This document shows positions 41,449 through 53,921 of a stretch of DNA of 64,000 nt, in pieces. The first letter of the stretch is position 1, and every line of letters begins with the position of its first letter. Below the pieces are notes generated by a model, which worked only from the letters and a program-made list of their open reading frames with translations, was not told where the DNA came from and made no database searches. Source of the DNA: Amoebidium appalachense (Eukaryota; Protista; Ichthyosporea); NCBI GenBank assembly GCA_963693365.1, contig CAVNZM010000001.1, positions 21,212,125 to 21,276,124 on the forward strand, given 5' to 3'. The translations under genes and the position numbers were made by a program.

Positions 41449-44037
41449 ATGAAGACGCTGCTGCTGTGCACGGCTGTGGCCGCTGGGGTGCGCACGGTCC
41501 ACGGCGGGGTGTGTGCGTGGTACACCGGAGAGAGGCAGGAGTGCGGTAGGTGCCCGTCCTTGTGTACCCAGGTAGGGTGGGCGGCAAGGGTGGCTGATAC
41601 ATGATAGTGGTGGAGGACAAGGAGGGGCTGGCTTTGGTGAATGGAAACACTGTAAGGCCTGTGATGTGACTGAGGGCTTTTCCTAATTAGGGAGAAGAGG
41701 GCAGTTTATGTGGCTTAGCTGTGTGGGATTCATGAGGGCCTGTGGGGATAGGGCATGTGGGCCTAACTGTGTGGGAATAGACCATGTGGACATGGAGTAT
41801 GTGGGCCTAACGGTGTGGGGATAGGTTATGTGGGCATAGGCGAGACGGAGTGTGACGAGAGGGATTGCTGCTGGCGACCAACAAACAAAAAGAACACCCC
41901 CTGGTGCTTTCACAAGGTGAACACCCGCATACACATATTGACCACACGGGCGCCCACAGACACAGACTTGTGCGCATATCATGCACAGACACACACACAA
42001 ACAGGCAAGCAGCCACAGTGGCACACACACACACACACACATTCACGCACTCACACCGGCCTTGTCACCATCTCTTTACCTCTTTGGTCAAACAGCAGTC
42101 TTCCCCGCCAACTTCGTCTCAGATCTACATATTGGCGCTCTCTCGCTGCCCCCCCCCCCCCCCCCTTCCCCTCCCTCCCCTCTCCCGACATTCCCCTTTT
42201 CCTTCCCCCGTGTGTTCTTGGGCTGCCTGCATACTGGTATTTAGTAGGGCCTATAAGCTGTATGATGCAGCAGGGAACACGTAGCTGGACCCATTATGGC
42301 CTGACTGGGGGTGTGCCGTCAGGTGGAGACGCAGTGCAGCCGGCCCAGTGGGGACTGTGGCTATGTGGGCATCACCGAGGCCCTGTGCCGTGCAAGGGGC
42401 TGCTGCTGGCGGCCCACCCTGCCGGCCCAAAACCGAACAGACCCCATCCCCCCCAAGAGCCCCCTGGCCGACACTGATGACGTGGACCCAGTAGGCCAGC
42501 CAGCAGGAGAGGCCTGGTGCCTGTATGGGGGATCGGGGCAGCAGGGCCACGTGGTCAGGAACGTGCAGGTGACGTCATGGGGGGTGAGGTTGGTGCTGGT
42601 GGCCACAGAGGACACACAAAGCAGCTACGGCCCACTGATTAGCCCACTAGAGGTACGGAGATTTCAGTTTCGTCCTAGGTTATTTATTTGCTTGGACAAT
42701 GCCCCTCCCTCTCCCCCTCCCTCCTCCCCCACCAACAGGATACTCTCTGTGGTAGAAGGGAGACAGTATCCTGGGGGGGAGGGGGGGGGGGGGGGGGCCA
42801 TTATTCAAGCAAATAGACAACCTAAGGTGAAAATGGAATCAGCGTTTGGCAAAACTGTTTTGCTAGTGGTTCCGAAAAGATGGGCTTTCTTTGGCTGGTT
42901 GCCCCGCACACACGTCGGGGGAAAGCGCGGGGGGGGGGGGGGGGGGGGGGGAGGGGGGCTTAGAGGAGAACGATCATTACATATATGTATTCCGTTTTTC
43001 TCGTCTTATTCAATGTGAGAGGGAAGGGGAAACGTGTGCTGGAGGGCTTAAATTTGATGGGGTGGTGATTAGTTGTTTGTGTGTAAGAAGAGGGCAAGTG
43101 TGGGTAGTGGTGCCTGTCTAATTCTAATCTCATGTCGCTTTGTTTGTTTTGCATCTGTGGTGGTGTTGGCCAACAGTACGCAAGGGGGGGGGGGGGGGGG
43201 GGGGGGGGGGGGGCTAGAAGGTTGTTTGCAGCATGCAAGACAATTTAGGAAAGACATATATGGCCGATTAGATCAGGATGTGACCCTCCCATGAAAATCA
43301 ACGCCCGAGGTCCTCACAGGCCAATCCCTCCCCTCCCCCCCCCCCCCACACACACACACACGTACACACACACCCACGCTGACACACACACCCAGGCCAG
43401 CATCTACTATGAGACACCCACCCGACTGCGCATGCGCATCACCGACCCCAACCACTGCCGCTGGGAGGTACCCGACACGGCCACCCCCAACCCGCCACTG
43501 CCCACCCACCGACCAGCACACACGGCCTATGGGGTCACACATGCGGAGGTGGGAGAATTGTTCTGGGTGGCGGTGGTGAGGGGCAGTGAGACACTGTTCA
43601 ACAGCAGCGGGCAGCACTTTGAGTTCACAAACCAGTATCTGCAGTGGGGCACACAGGTGCCCCAGGCCCACGGCATATACGGTATGTGCTGCTCTTGTGT
43701 GCCTACGTGCCTGTGCCCACGTGTTTGTGCCTATTTGTTTGTGTTGAGGGTGTTATATCAGGGGGTGAAGGGGTTGGAGGGAAGGTTGAGTGAGACGAGG
43801 CTGAGGTATGGGCGGACTTATGTCGCTCCTGCGTCTGTCCGTTGGGAAGAGGAAGGGGGGGGAGAGGGGGGGGGATAAAAGTGGAGGATGATATTTGGAG
43901 CTCGATGGTAGGAAAGATGGGTGGGTGGGTGGGTGGGTGTGTGGGTGTGCGGGGTGGGGGGGGGGGGTCTATTTTTGTGTCTGATAAATATTGCTGTGTG
44001 GATTTAGGAGGAGGGCTTTTCCTCGTTTTTTTTTTTT

Positions 44038-44082
<45 letters not shown>

Positions 44083-47000
44083 GGGGGGAGGGCTGATTAT
44101 ACAGTTGGCATGGTTTGCCATTAGAAATTTATTGAATGTTGCTCTTCAATGTTTTTTATGCCCCCCTCCCCCCTCCCCCCCCCCCCCCGTCCCCCCTTCT
44201 GGGGGGAGGGATTTCGTGGCGAGGGTGGCCTGGTGTTGTGCCTAGATGGCTGTGCAGGCCAGATAAAGATTGATGGATTTGTACTTTTGTGGTTTTGGGA
44301 GGGGGGTGGGAGGAGGGAAGGAAGGGAAAAGGAGGGGGGGGGGAGGGGGCTGTGTGATAGGTTGCAATGCAGCAGACATGAGCCCTGCATGGCTGGTTGG
44401 GACCCCTCCACCCTGTGTGACCTGTATGGGCCCACAGGGCTAGGGGAGCACTTGTACGACTTCAGGCTGCCGCCAGCCACCTACACGCTGTTCAACTACG
44501 ACACAGCAACACCGCCCCTCAGCAACCTCTACGGCAGCCACCCCATGCACCTGCAGCTGGCCCCCCAGGGCACGGCCCATGCCGTGTTCCTGCGCAGCTC
44601 CAGCCCCATGGATGTGACTCTAAGGCCCGGCACCCAGACGTACAGGGTGATTGGGGGCATGATCGATCTATTTATAGCCACTGGGCCAAGCCCCCACGAG
44701 GCCATCAGGCAGTATGCCGACCTGGTGGGCCGACCGTACATGCCCCCTCTGTGGGCCCTGGGCTTCCACCAGTGCAGGTGGGCGGGTGTGCTGTGTGTGT
44801 GTGTGTGTGTTGGTGTGTGGGTGTGGGTGTGTGTGTGTGGAGGGGGGGGGGTGAGTAGGGGCGAGACCCCGGAAGAGGGGGGGGATGTCGGAGGGCGGAG
44901 GAGGAGGGGGGGGGGAGGGGGGCCGGGGGGTAAGCCGAAACCACATTGGGGGGGGGGGGAGGAGGGGGGGGGGGGGGGGGGAACGGGGAGATGGGTGATT
45001 CCCGCTGCAAGATATGTTGGGAGTTGGGAGGAACGGGAGTGGTTTCCCTCTCTCTTTTTGTTCACTCCCTTTCCCTTTTTTGTGTGGTGTGTGTGTGTGT
45101 TGAGGGGCGGGGAGGGGGGGGAGTGTGGGTGTGTGTGTGTGGGGGGGGGGGGGGGTGCGGCGCCGGGGCATGCGGCCTGTGTCTGTTTACATGTATGTGT
45201 TTGGTCTGTTGGTTGTTGCGGATACATGAGAACGCCCGGAGTTTTGTGTTGTAGTCGCATGCATTCATGGCTGTGTGTTAGTGTGCACGTGATGTGCATG
45301 CACGTCCTCGTGTATGCTGGTGTTGCACATGTGGGCATGCACGTGTCTAGTGGTGGACACTCTCTGCAGCCACGTGGTGGTGTCTGTGCCCCTAGCACGT
45401 GGCCTTGCACGTGCACCATCCAGTAACATGCATGGCTGCAGGTACGGCTACCGCAACCTGCAGGAGGTAGAGGAGGTGGTGGCCAACTACAGCCGGGCGC
45501 AGATCCCCCTAGACACCATGTGGGTCGACATCGACTACATGGACCGCTACATGGACTGGTCCTGGCACCCCACTAACTTTCCCCAGGCCAAAGTGAGGGA
45601 GTTTGCTGCCAGGCTGCACGGCCAGGGGCAGCACTTTGTGACAATTGTGGACCCGGGCATCAAGGCTTGGAAGGGCAACCCGGCCTATGTGGAGGGGCTT
45701 AGGGACGACCTCTTCATCAAGACACACGATGGCGGTGTGTTCCCGGGCAAGGTGTGGCCTGGGGGGGTGGCCTTTCCTGACTTCCTGCACCCAAACGCGG
45801 CCAAGTGGTGGGAGAAGTCCATTGCAGGGTTTCTGGGTGCGGGCAGCGACAAGGCTGTGGGTGTGGATGGGCTGTGGATCGACATGAATGAGCTGTCCAA
45901 CTTCTGCGATGGGCCCTGCAACATGACCCTCAACACCTCATTGGAGCTGCAGTCCCCATGGGGCCCGTTCTACCCCAACAGCCCGCCCTACCCAATCAAC
46001 AACCAGAATGCCCGGCTGCCGCTGCACACACGCACCCTGTCGATGGATGCGGTGCACTACGGGGGGGTGAGGGAGTATGATGCCCATAACCTGTACGGCC
46101 TGCTGGAGGCCCAGGCCACCCGCAGTGGCCTGGAGCAGGTGCGGGGCAAGAGGGCCTTTGTGCTGTCACGGTCCACATTCCCCGGGTCAGGGCGGCACAC
46201 GGCGCACTGGACGGGGGACAACCACAGCAACTGGTACCACCTGGCCGCATCCATCGCCAGCGTGCTGGCCTTCCAGCTCTTCCAGGTACCCTTTGTGGGC
46301 GCCGACATCTGCGGCTTCGAGGAGTCCACCAATGAGGAGCTGTGTGCCCGCTGGGCCGCCCTCGGCTCCTTCTACCCGTTCTCCCGCAACCACAACTGTG
46401 CCGGGGAGTTGCCCCAGGAGTACTACCTGTGGTGGGCCGTGACGGCGGCAGCCCGCAAGTACCTGGGCATGCGCTACCGCCTATCCCCCTACCTCTACAC
46501 GCTCTTCCACAGGGCCCACGTGCACGGTGACACGGTGTGGCGGCCGCTGTTTTTCGAGTTCCCGTCTGACCGGGCCACCCACGGGCTGCAGCAGCAGTTC
46601 ATGTTTGGCCCCGCAATGCTGGTGAGCCCCGTGGTCACCCCCGACACCACATCGATCCACGTCTACATGCCCGAGGGCCGCTGGTACGATGCCGTCACAT
46701 ACCAGAGCATCTTCCCGGCCAATCATAACGGGGGGTTTGCCACCCTTGACGTGCCCATCGACACCATTGGTGTGCACTACCGTGGGGGGGCGGTGGTGGG
46801 GCAGTTTGAGACGCATGCGCTGACCCTCAGAGACACGTGGCTGCACGGCAACATCAGCCTGCTGGTGGCCCTCGATGATTGGGCCACGGCCCAGGGCGAG
46901 CTATATCTGGACGATGGGGAGACCATCGACACGCAGGATTGGCTGCAAGTCACGTTCACGGTGGCCAATGGCACCCTCGTTTCCACACCCACAGCCAATG

Positions 47001-47389
47001 GGGCAGAAGTAGCGGCGGCACGGCGGCCAATCACAAGTGTGCGTGTTCTTGGGGTGCCCCCGATGGTTGCGCCCTATGCCACGGCCAACGGCCAGCCAGC
47101 CAGTGCGGCCATTGTGGACGGCACACTGCTCATCACGGCCATCAGCGTACCTGTTGGGGCCCCAATGACCGTGGTCTGGGGTGATGCACCCACCACCGAC
47201 CCAAGAAACATGCAGGTGGCCGGCCTGGACGGGTGGGCGGGTGTGGGCCTGGGCCTGTTTGCCGTGGCTGTGGGAGTCAGCGGGGTGGGGGTGGCACTGA
47301 GGAGGCAAAACGGGGAAAGTGGGGTCTATAGGCCCTTGGCCGGGGGCTCATTAGGGGGGTCCTATGGAAGTGTGGAGGAGGCACGATGA
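41449..47389 (+). CDS. GH31 alpha-glucosidase (lysosomal GAA/maltase-glucoamylase-like) with signal peptide, two trefoil (P-type) domains and C-terminal TM anchor
   Basis: Exons 41449-41545, 41825-41916, 42323-42652, 43396-43681, 44438-44777, 45442-47389. Trefoils ERQECGYVGIGETECDERDCCW...PWCF and DCGYVGITEALCRARGCCW...AWCLY. GH31 motifs RLRMRITDP...RWEVP, IYGLGEH, NLYGSHP, GRPYMPPLWALGFHQCRYGY, IPLDTMWVDIDYMD, nucleophile WIDMNE, HNLYGL, acid/base HWTGDN, VGADICGF, FYPFSRNHN, GELYLDDG. Confidence 0.96.
42660..42840. other. About 180-bp imperfect fold-back (hairpin or MITE remnant) in GH31 intron 3
   Basis: 42660-42705 is the reverse complement of about 42795-42840 (about 36/46 identity). 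The stem continues through a C-rich/G-rich pair to CAGGATACT / AGTATCCTG. Confidence 0.75.
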
Positions 47390-47972
47390 TCACGTCGCGG
47401 AGGGGAGGTTTGGGGGTTGGGGGAGAACTAGTGATCCTCTGTCCTTCTCCTCTTACATTGATTTATTTTTCGCTTTTTTATTATTTTCTTCTTTTTTTTA
47501 GCCCCGCAGCTCATATAACATGTAGTCGACCTCTGATGTTATCAATCCATCATCAGCCTTGCAGCCAGCTAGTAACTATAGTGCATGTATTTGGTCCCGC
47601 AAAGCAATGGGACACGGCCAGACTCACAGTGTTGTTGATTCGGGGACTGCATGTCATTGTAGCTGTCTATGTAGGTGCACTGACAAGGCCGCACCCCGTG
47701 CTCATATGCCACCATGCTGCATTGTACTATTATGATTATGGCCATGTGCACCCAAGCAGATTTTGGTGCTCGTATGCTGCAGCAGTTACTGTAGCTGCGC
47801 AGTCAAAAGAAATGCAATCTTAGCATTCTGGATGTCGATAGTATTACGATGATTCCAATATATGTGTGTGTGTATATATATATAAAGAAATTATAATGTG
47901 TGTACGTACGCGTTTGGCTGTGTGCGTGCTCTTTACATACACATACATCACGCACTTGTATCATAATTTTAT

Positions 47973-48142
47973 GTTTGTTTTGTAAAAACTTTTTTTATCG
48001 TCGCCCAAAAACTTCCCACCCAAATTTCCATATTTGGCTAATCGTGCAATCTATTCCTACTTTTTAGTTTGTTTTATAAAAACTTTTTTTGTCGCCGAAA
48101 AACTTCCTGCCCAAATTCCCATATTTGGCTAATCGTGCGATC
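47973..48142. repeat. About 95-bp AT-rich direct duplication
   Basis: TTTGTTTT.TAAAAACTTTTT...GTCGCC.AAAAACTTCC..CCCAAATT.CCATATTTGGCTAATCGTGC.ATC occurs twice. Confidence 0.8.
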
Positions 48143-48620
48143 GCGTGAAAGAAATTGGTCCATGCATGTTGTTTTCTGAGATTGTGTTATTTCTACTTTC
48201 TTGTGTGTTTTATGAAAACTATTCGTGAGTTGCCGTTGACTTATATTAGTCTCTGAAGGTGGGCATGAATCAGTGAACTTTTCTGAGGTAATCACAAGGT
48301 GTGTTGTAATTAAACTTCTTCCTATCTGCCTGGAATACATATGATAGCCCTATGCTCTTTTCTGTTTATATTAATATTTATGGATGTATTTTATCACATG
48401 ATGTACATTCAACTGAGGGTTCGGTCGAACGGCCCCCCCCCCCCCCCTCTCCCTCCCGTCCCTGCCCCTTCTCTCCCCCCCCCCCCCCCCCCCCCCCCCA
48501 CACACACACCCATGATCTACGTACACACACACACGTACACAACACACACACACACAGTGTCACACACACACACACAGTGCCACACACACGCACACATACA
48601 CACACACGGTCGCGCGCGCG

Positions 48621-48705
<85 letters not shown>

Positions 48706-49040
48706 GCGCCGCCGCCGCCACTACCACCACAGACACGCATAGCCACACCAACAAACAAAAAGCAATTGTTGACTACATTAAGAAAGAAGAGCAATAATAA
48801 TAATAATTAATGTGAAAGAAGACTCTTTTTGTCCTGCCATTTTTCGAATAGCCATGGGAATGTTGTTACCGACACATACAGCAGATGACCAAGGGATTTT
48901 GTAACTCCTAACTAAGGCCTAGCTAGCTAGGGATGGGGGCCCGTGAGAGGGGGGAAAAGGGGGGGGAGGGAGGGAGGGGCGGGGTGGGGGGGGGCGGGTG
49001 CAGAGAGAGAGAGAGAAGAGGGAGAGGGCAGAGTGCATGA

Positions 49041-49124
<84 letters not shown>

Positions 49125-49413
49125 ACAGGATGGAGGGAGGGACCAGAGGAGCTCCGGGGGGAGATCTCAGAGGCAGCTAGAGAGAGAGAGGGGGGGGGGG
49201 AGGGAGTGGGGGGGAAGGGGGGGGGGGGGGGGGGGGGGGATTATAGAAAGAGAGATCTAGAGTGAAAGAGAAGGGGGAGGGGGGAGGGGGAGACCTCAAG
49301 AGAGAAAGATAGAGAGGGCGATAGCGGGAGAGAGAGAGGCTTCCGAAACCATGAGGTTTTAACCGGAGAGAAATGGGTGGTTGTGGTGGTGGTGGTGCAC
49401 GTGGTTGGGGGGG

Positions 49414-49449
<36 letters not shown>

Positions 49450-49559
49450 GGGGCGGAGACCCCGCCGACCGCGTGCACATGTATTTCAGCGATGCTTCAA
49501 TGCATGCACCTCCCGCCTGAGATCTGCCAGCCTTGCTTTACGCAAGATTCCGTTATCAT

Positions 49560-50128
49560 GATGTCGAACTTCGATCCCGGGATCCCAGAACACATGCATG
49601 TCGCTTCTTGTACTTTTGGCAAGTCTGGCGCCGCTGTGATATGCATGCATGTCAGCTGCATGCACATGCATCCTCGGGAGCTCGGGCTGAGGGGAGGCTG
49701 TCACGGCTACGTATATCTAAGTGCACCAAAAGCCTGTGGTGTAGTCTGGCTGAGTCGGAGTCTCGAGAGGCCTGACTCCTCGGACTCCTGACTCCTGAGC
49801 TCGAGTCACTGACTTTCCCGCCCAAATTCCCTGGGAACCAATCGCAACAACTTAATTGGGACCACTAGGTCTGGTCCTGGCCGCAGGCCGGCATGTGCAC
49901 AACTTGCAGGCTCAGCTGCATGAATGTCAGCCACCATGGTATGCGTAGTAACAAATTTGAAGCGACAGAACCTCGTATACTACGGCTGAGAAATGGATTC
50001 GCGGGGCAAGTTGTGCGGACTCCGAGTCTCCCTGAGTCCTGGACTCCGCCTGAGCTGCGCGCCCTCGGAGCTCGATCGCGAGCCGCCGCGACGCCGGCCG
50101 GCTTCAAAATTGGCATTTGGCAGCCCTG
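49560..50128. mobile_element. CpG-rich, palindrome-rich segment ending in a hAT-like terminus; probable transposon remnant
   Basis: Ends TTGGCATTTGGCAGCCCTG, sharing the terminal CAGCCCTG with the MITE at 29196. Recurrent GGACTCC/GAGTC/GAGCTC motifs. No partner terminus seen. Confidence 0.3.
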
Positions 50129-50384
50129 GTTGATTGGACAATTTTAGGTATCCAATCACCAGCGGTCTGGCTCCCTCAAAGGGTCAACTTTGGACACTAG
50201 TGTGCGTGGGCCCTATTCAAGCAGCCTTTACGGAGCACATATAAAGCAAACACCATGGGTGCTGCTTCAATAAAATTTATTTAGGTGTCTTTTTTATTCG
50301 ATTCTAGAGCATGGTAATTCTTCTCCGGTTTGTCTTAGCTGCCTTGAAGTGCACGCATGGCTACATTCCTTGTGATGCCGGTTG

Positions 50385-50483
50385 ACCAATAGCTGTCGCG
50401 CACCTAGTTTTTATAATTGGCCAAAAAGAAAGCCTGCAGCCAATCGTATGGCTGAGCCAGGTGGGTGGTCGGTGGTATATAAA
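50385..50483 (+). promoter_or_regulatory. Putative GH114 core promoter (CCAAT boxes + TATA box)
   Basis: CCAAT near 50386 and 50440; TATATAAA at 50476-50483, about 70 nt upstream of the ATG at 50555. Confidence 0.55.
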
Positions 50484-50554
50484 TCCACCTCGAGCCCGTG
50501 CAGCTGCACTCCGGAGGATTGCTGGGTGTGTTGTGAGACTTTGACGGGCGGGAG

Positions 50555-52052
50555 ATGTTGCTGAGCGCTGCCGTTCTGTGCGCCGTCGCCGCTATCGGTA
50601 AGTGCCACAGCACGCACATCTTGCAACCCATGCATGTATGGGGTCCACAAGGAAGAGCAGGCACTGCCTAACATGCCGGGGCCCGTAATTCGGAGTCCTC
50701 ACCTCTAGTGGATGTGCATGCCTCTGCGTGTACATTGTGTCGTTTGCCCCTTCTTTTGTGTTTGACTTGCGCATGCATAGTGGTGAATTATGATGGTGCT
50801 GAGCAAATCGTTTAGAAAGGCCCATGACCCATGATGAGAGAAGGTGCACGTGCAATAAAATTGCTGGCTTTCTTCTTGGGCACCTAATAATATTAGCTTA
50901 AATAACATGATGATCATGAGGATGCCGGGTGGTATGTTGAGCAAAGGGTCGTGTATCGAATTTTGGTGGAGTACTCTAGGTGTACATGTACAAGCCGTCC
51001 TGCACCCCAATAGCACCTGTTCCTCCCCGCCAGCGGCGGCAAAGCCCCACTCGATGGCCAACATTGCCGCACTGGGTGGTGGCAGCTGGTCGGAGGAGGA
51101 CCCAAGCACACCGCCAGTGGGTGGGGATGAGGTGCCGAGCTACAGCGATGAGACGAGTGAGTCGACAGGGGATGATGATGGGCCGGGGCTGGTGGGGGAC
51201 GACAGTCTGCTGGGGGGCTGGTTTGGGGGCAGCAGGCCCATGGCCGAGCCAGACGACAGCGAGGCACTGGCACAGAGCCCCTTCAGTGCCGACCAGTTCA
51301 TGATGGAGGCCGCTGATGCCGGCCAGGAGTGGGTGCCCGTGCCCGTAGGCATCAAGTGGCAGAACAGGGCATGGTGCGGGCTTGGTGGCAATTGCTTCAC
51401 ACAGTCCATCCCGGCAGGGGCCAAGCTGGTCAACGTGGACCTGTTTGACACGTCGGCATCCAAGATCAAGAATCTGGCGCAGAAGTACATTGTCACGTGC
51501 TACTACTCGGCAGGCACATACGAGGCATGGCGGCCAGACGCGAAAAAGTTCACGTCGGCCATCAAGGGCATGAAAATGAGCGACTGGGACGAGACCTGGC
51601 TGGACATCCGCAAGCTGTCGCAGATCAAGCCCATCATGGAGGCCCGCATCCGCCTGGCGAAGGAGAAGGGCTGCCACGGTGTCGAGCCAGACAATGTGGA
51701 CTGCTGGCAGAACAAGTGTGTCAAGGACAAGAGCGGGGGGGACAAGAGCATGTACCAGGCGCAGCTGGTGTACAACCGCTGGTCGGCCACGTTTGCCCAC
51801 AGCTTGGGGCTCAACATCGGGCTCAAGAATAACCTCAACCAGGTCAAGGACCTGGTTGGCGACTACGACTGGGCAATGAACGAGAGCTGCCACGCCTGGA
51901 ACGAGTGCAGCATGGTCAGCCCCTTTGTGGACGCCGGCAAGGCCGTGCTGGCCACCGAGTACAAAGGCTCACGCTCCAAGATCTGTGCCGCCGCACGCAC
52001 CCTGCGCTTTTCCCAGAAGATTGACTCCTCGGGCAGGTGGGCAGACTGCTAG
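50555..52052 (+). CDS. Secreted glycoside hydrolase family 114 (endo-alpha-1,4-polygalactosaminidase, Ega3-like)
   Basis: Exon 1 50555-50597 (signal peptide MLLSAAVLCAVAAI, donor G|GTAAGT) splices in phase to exon 2 51034-52052. An acidic linker precedes GH114 motifs VDLFD, CYYSAGTYEAWRPDA, E.WLDIR, IMEARIRLAKEKGCHGVEPDNVD, AHSLGLNIGLKN, YDWAMNESC, F..AGKAV...EY. Confidence 0.92.
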
Positions 52053-52144
52053 CGGCACACGTGGGCTGCAGGTGTGCACGTGGCATGTCCAGAGCCCCAG
52101 TGAGGCCTGCACAGGTTAGAGCCGCTCAACCTGCAGCGCTGCAC

Positions 52145-52295
52145 ACGTGATAGTAGTGTAAATAGTTCCCATCGTACACGTGATATAGTATAATGTAATT
52201 AGTTCCCATGATTGAACACGTGATAATAGTGTAATTTATTTAGTTCCCACGATTGAACACGTGATTATAGTGTAAATAGCTCCCATGATTTAACA
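52145..52295. repeat. About 36-41-bp degenerate tandem repeat (4 copies) 3' of GH114
   Basis: ACACGTGATA.TAGTGTAA.TAGTTCCCA.GATTGA units. Confidence 0.8.
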
Positions 52296-53143
52296 TGCAA
52301 GTTTTCAAAGTCTTTTTAAATATAACTAACCAAGAATAAGCACTGGGTGTTTAAACCACTGCTGTTCTTTTTACCCAGACAACAAATTGATTGGCGGCTG
52401 ATAATTCCGCCCCTTTTAACCCTATCTATGATAATCATTGCACGAAGTGGCCATGCCAGCAAGTAGCTGGTCGAAATAAAGCCACCCAAAGCTGTTTGGT
52501 GAGAACCTGTGGCCATTATAAATTGAGATGTTATGTGGGTTACTAAGTTACCTAAGCCTAAATTGCAAATATCCATCCCCTTCCCCCCTCCCCCCCTCCC
52601 ACCCACCCACCCACCTATTCCCCCACCTCACCACACGCACACACACACGCACGCACCCACGCACTCACACACGCACGCACGCACACCCGTGTGTGCACGC
52701 ATGCATGTGTGCATGTGTGCGTGTATACCTGCGTGTGGTGAGGTGGTGGGCGGGTGGGGGGAGATGTTTACTATATAGGCTCCGATGATGTATATAATAC
52801 TCCTTCCCTCCCCCCCTCTCCCCCCCAAATGCACACACACACACAAACACACATGCTATTTAGACTGACGACCTTTTTCAATACTAGCCTAAATAGCATA
52901 GGTCTGTACAAGGCCCCCCTCCCCCCCTCCCCCCCTCCCCCCTCCCCCCTCCCCCTCCTTCCCTCATTCCCCTCCCTTCCCTCCCGCCGCCCCACCCCGT
53001 TCTCACCTCACCATACACACACACACACACACGGACACACGCACACATGCACGAACGCACGCACAACGCCGCCCCCCGTCCCCCCGTCCTCCTCCGCCCA
53101 CCCCCCCTCCCCCCCCTCTCCCCCCCCCTCCCCCCCCTCCCCT

Positions 53144-53179
<36 letters not shown>

Positions 53180-53254
53180 AGAAAAAAAAAACTTCAGCGG
53201 GAAAAAGCTTTGAAAAGAAAGTGCACTCAGGCACACATGCACGCACGCACGCAC

Positions 53255-53340
53255 GCACGCAGGCATGCAGGCACGCAGGCACGCAGGCACGCAGGCACGC
53301 AGGCACGCAGGCACGCAGGCACGCAGGCACGCAGGCACGC
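53255..53340. repeat. (GCACGCAG)n octamer repeat
   Basis: About 10 copies inside a long low-complexity intergenic tract. Confidence 0.85.
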
Positions 53341-53556
53341 ATGCACGCGCATACCACGCGTGCGTGCGCATGCACGCACGCACACAGTGTCAATCATGCG
53401 CACGCACGCGCACACAACTCCTTGCCCTTCCCTTGCCCCTCCCTCCCCCCCCCCCCCCCCCCCCCCCTCCCCCCCCTCCCCGACCCCCCCCCCCCAAAAA
53501 AAAAAAAAAGAAAGAAAGAATAAAAAAAGAAAGAAAAAGAGAAAGAAAGAAAGTGA

Positions 53557-53588
<32 letters not shown>

Positions 53589-53778
53589 TAAGAAAGGAAA
53601 AAACTAGAAGAAACGGAGAAAAAGAAACAAACAAGCAAACAAAAAAAAGGGAAAAAACCTTTTCGAGAATGAGAGCAAAAGAAATGGTGGCGGTGGTGGT
53701 GGTGGTGGTGGGGGGGGGGGGGGGGGGGGGGAAGGATAAGCCTGGGAGGAAAAAATGCAACCACATTTCACACAACGT

Positions 53779-53855
<77 letters not shown>

Positions 53856-53856
53856 T

Positions 53857-53921
<65 letters not shown>

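Noticed and set aside
45314-45441. ORF-track N-terminus of the 691-aa GH31 ORF
   Set aside because: Intronic; the exon begins at 45442 to complete HQCR|YGY.
50907-51033. ORF-track N-terminus of GH114 (MMIMRMPGG...)
   Set aside because: It lies within the intron; the upstream signal-peptide exon at 50555-50597 with GTAAGT and a TATA box is a better start.
50976-51893. 305-aa antisense ORF over GH114 (and similar antisense ORFs over DCAF1 and GH31 exons)
   Set aside because: Expected shadow ORFs of GC3-rich coding sequence.
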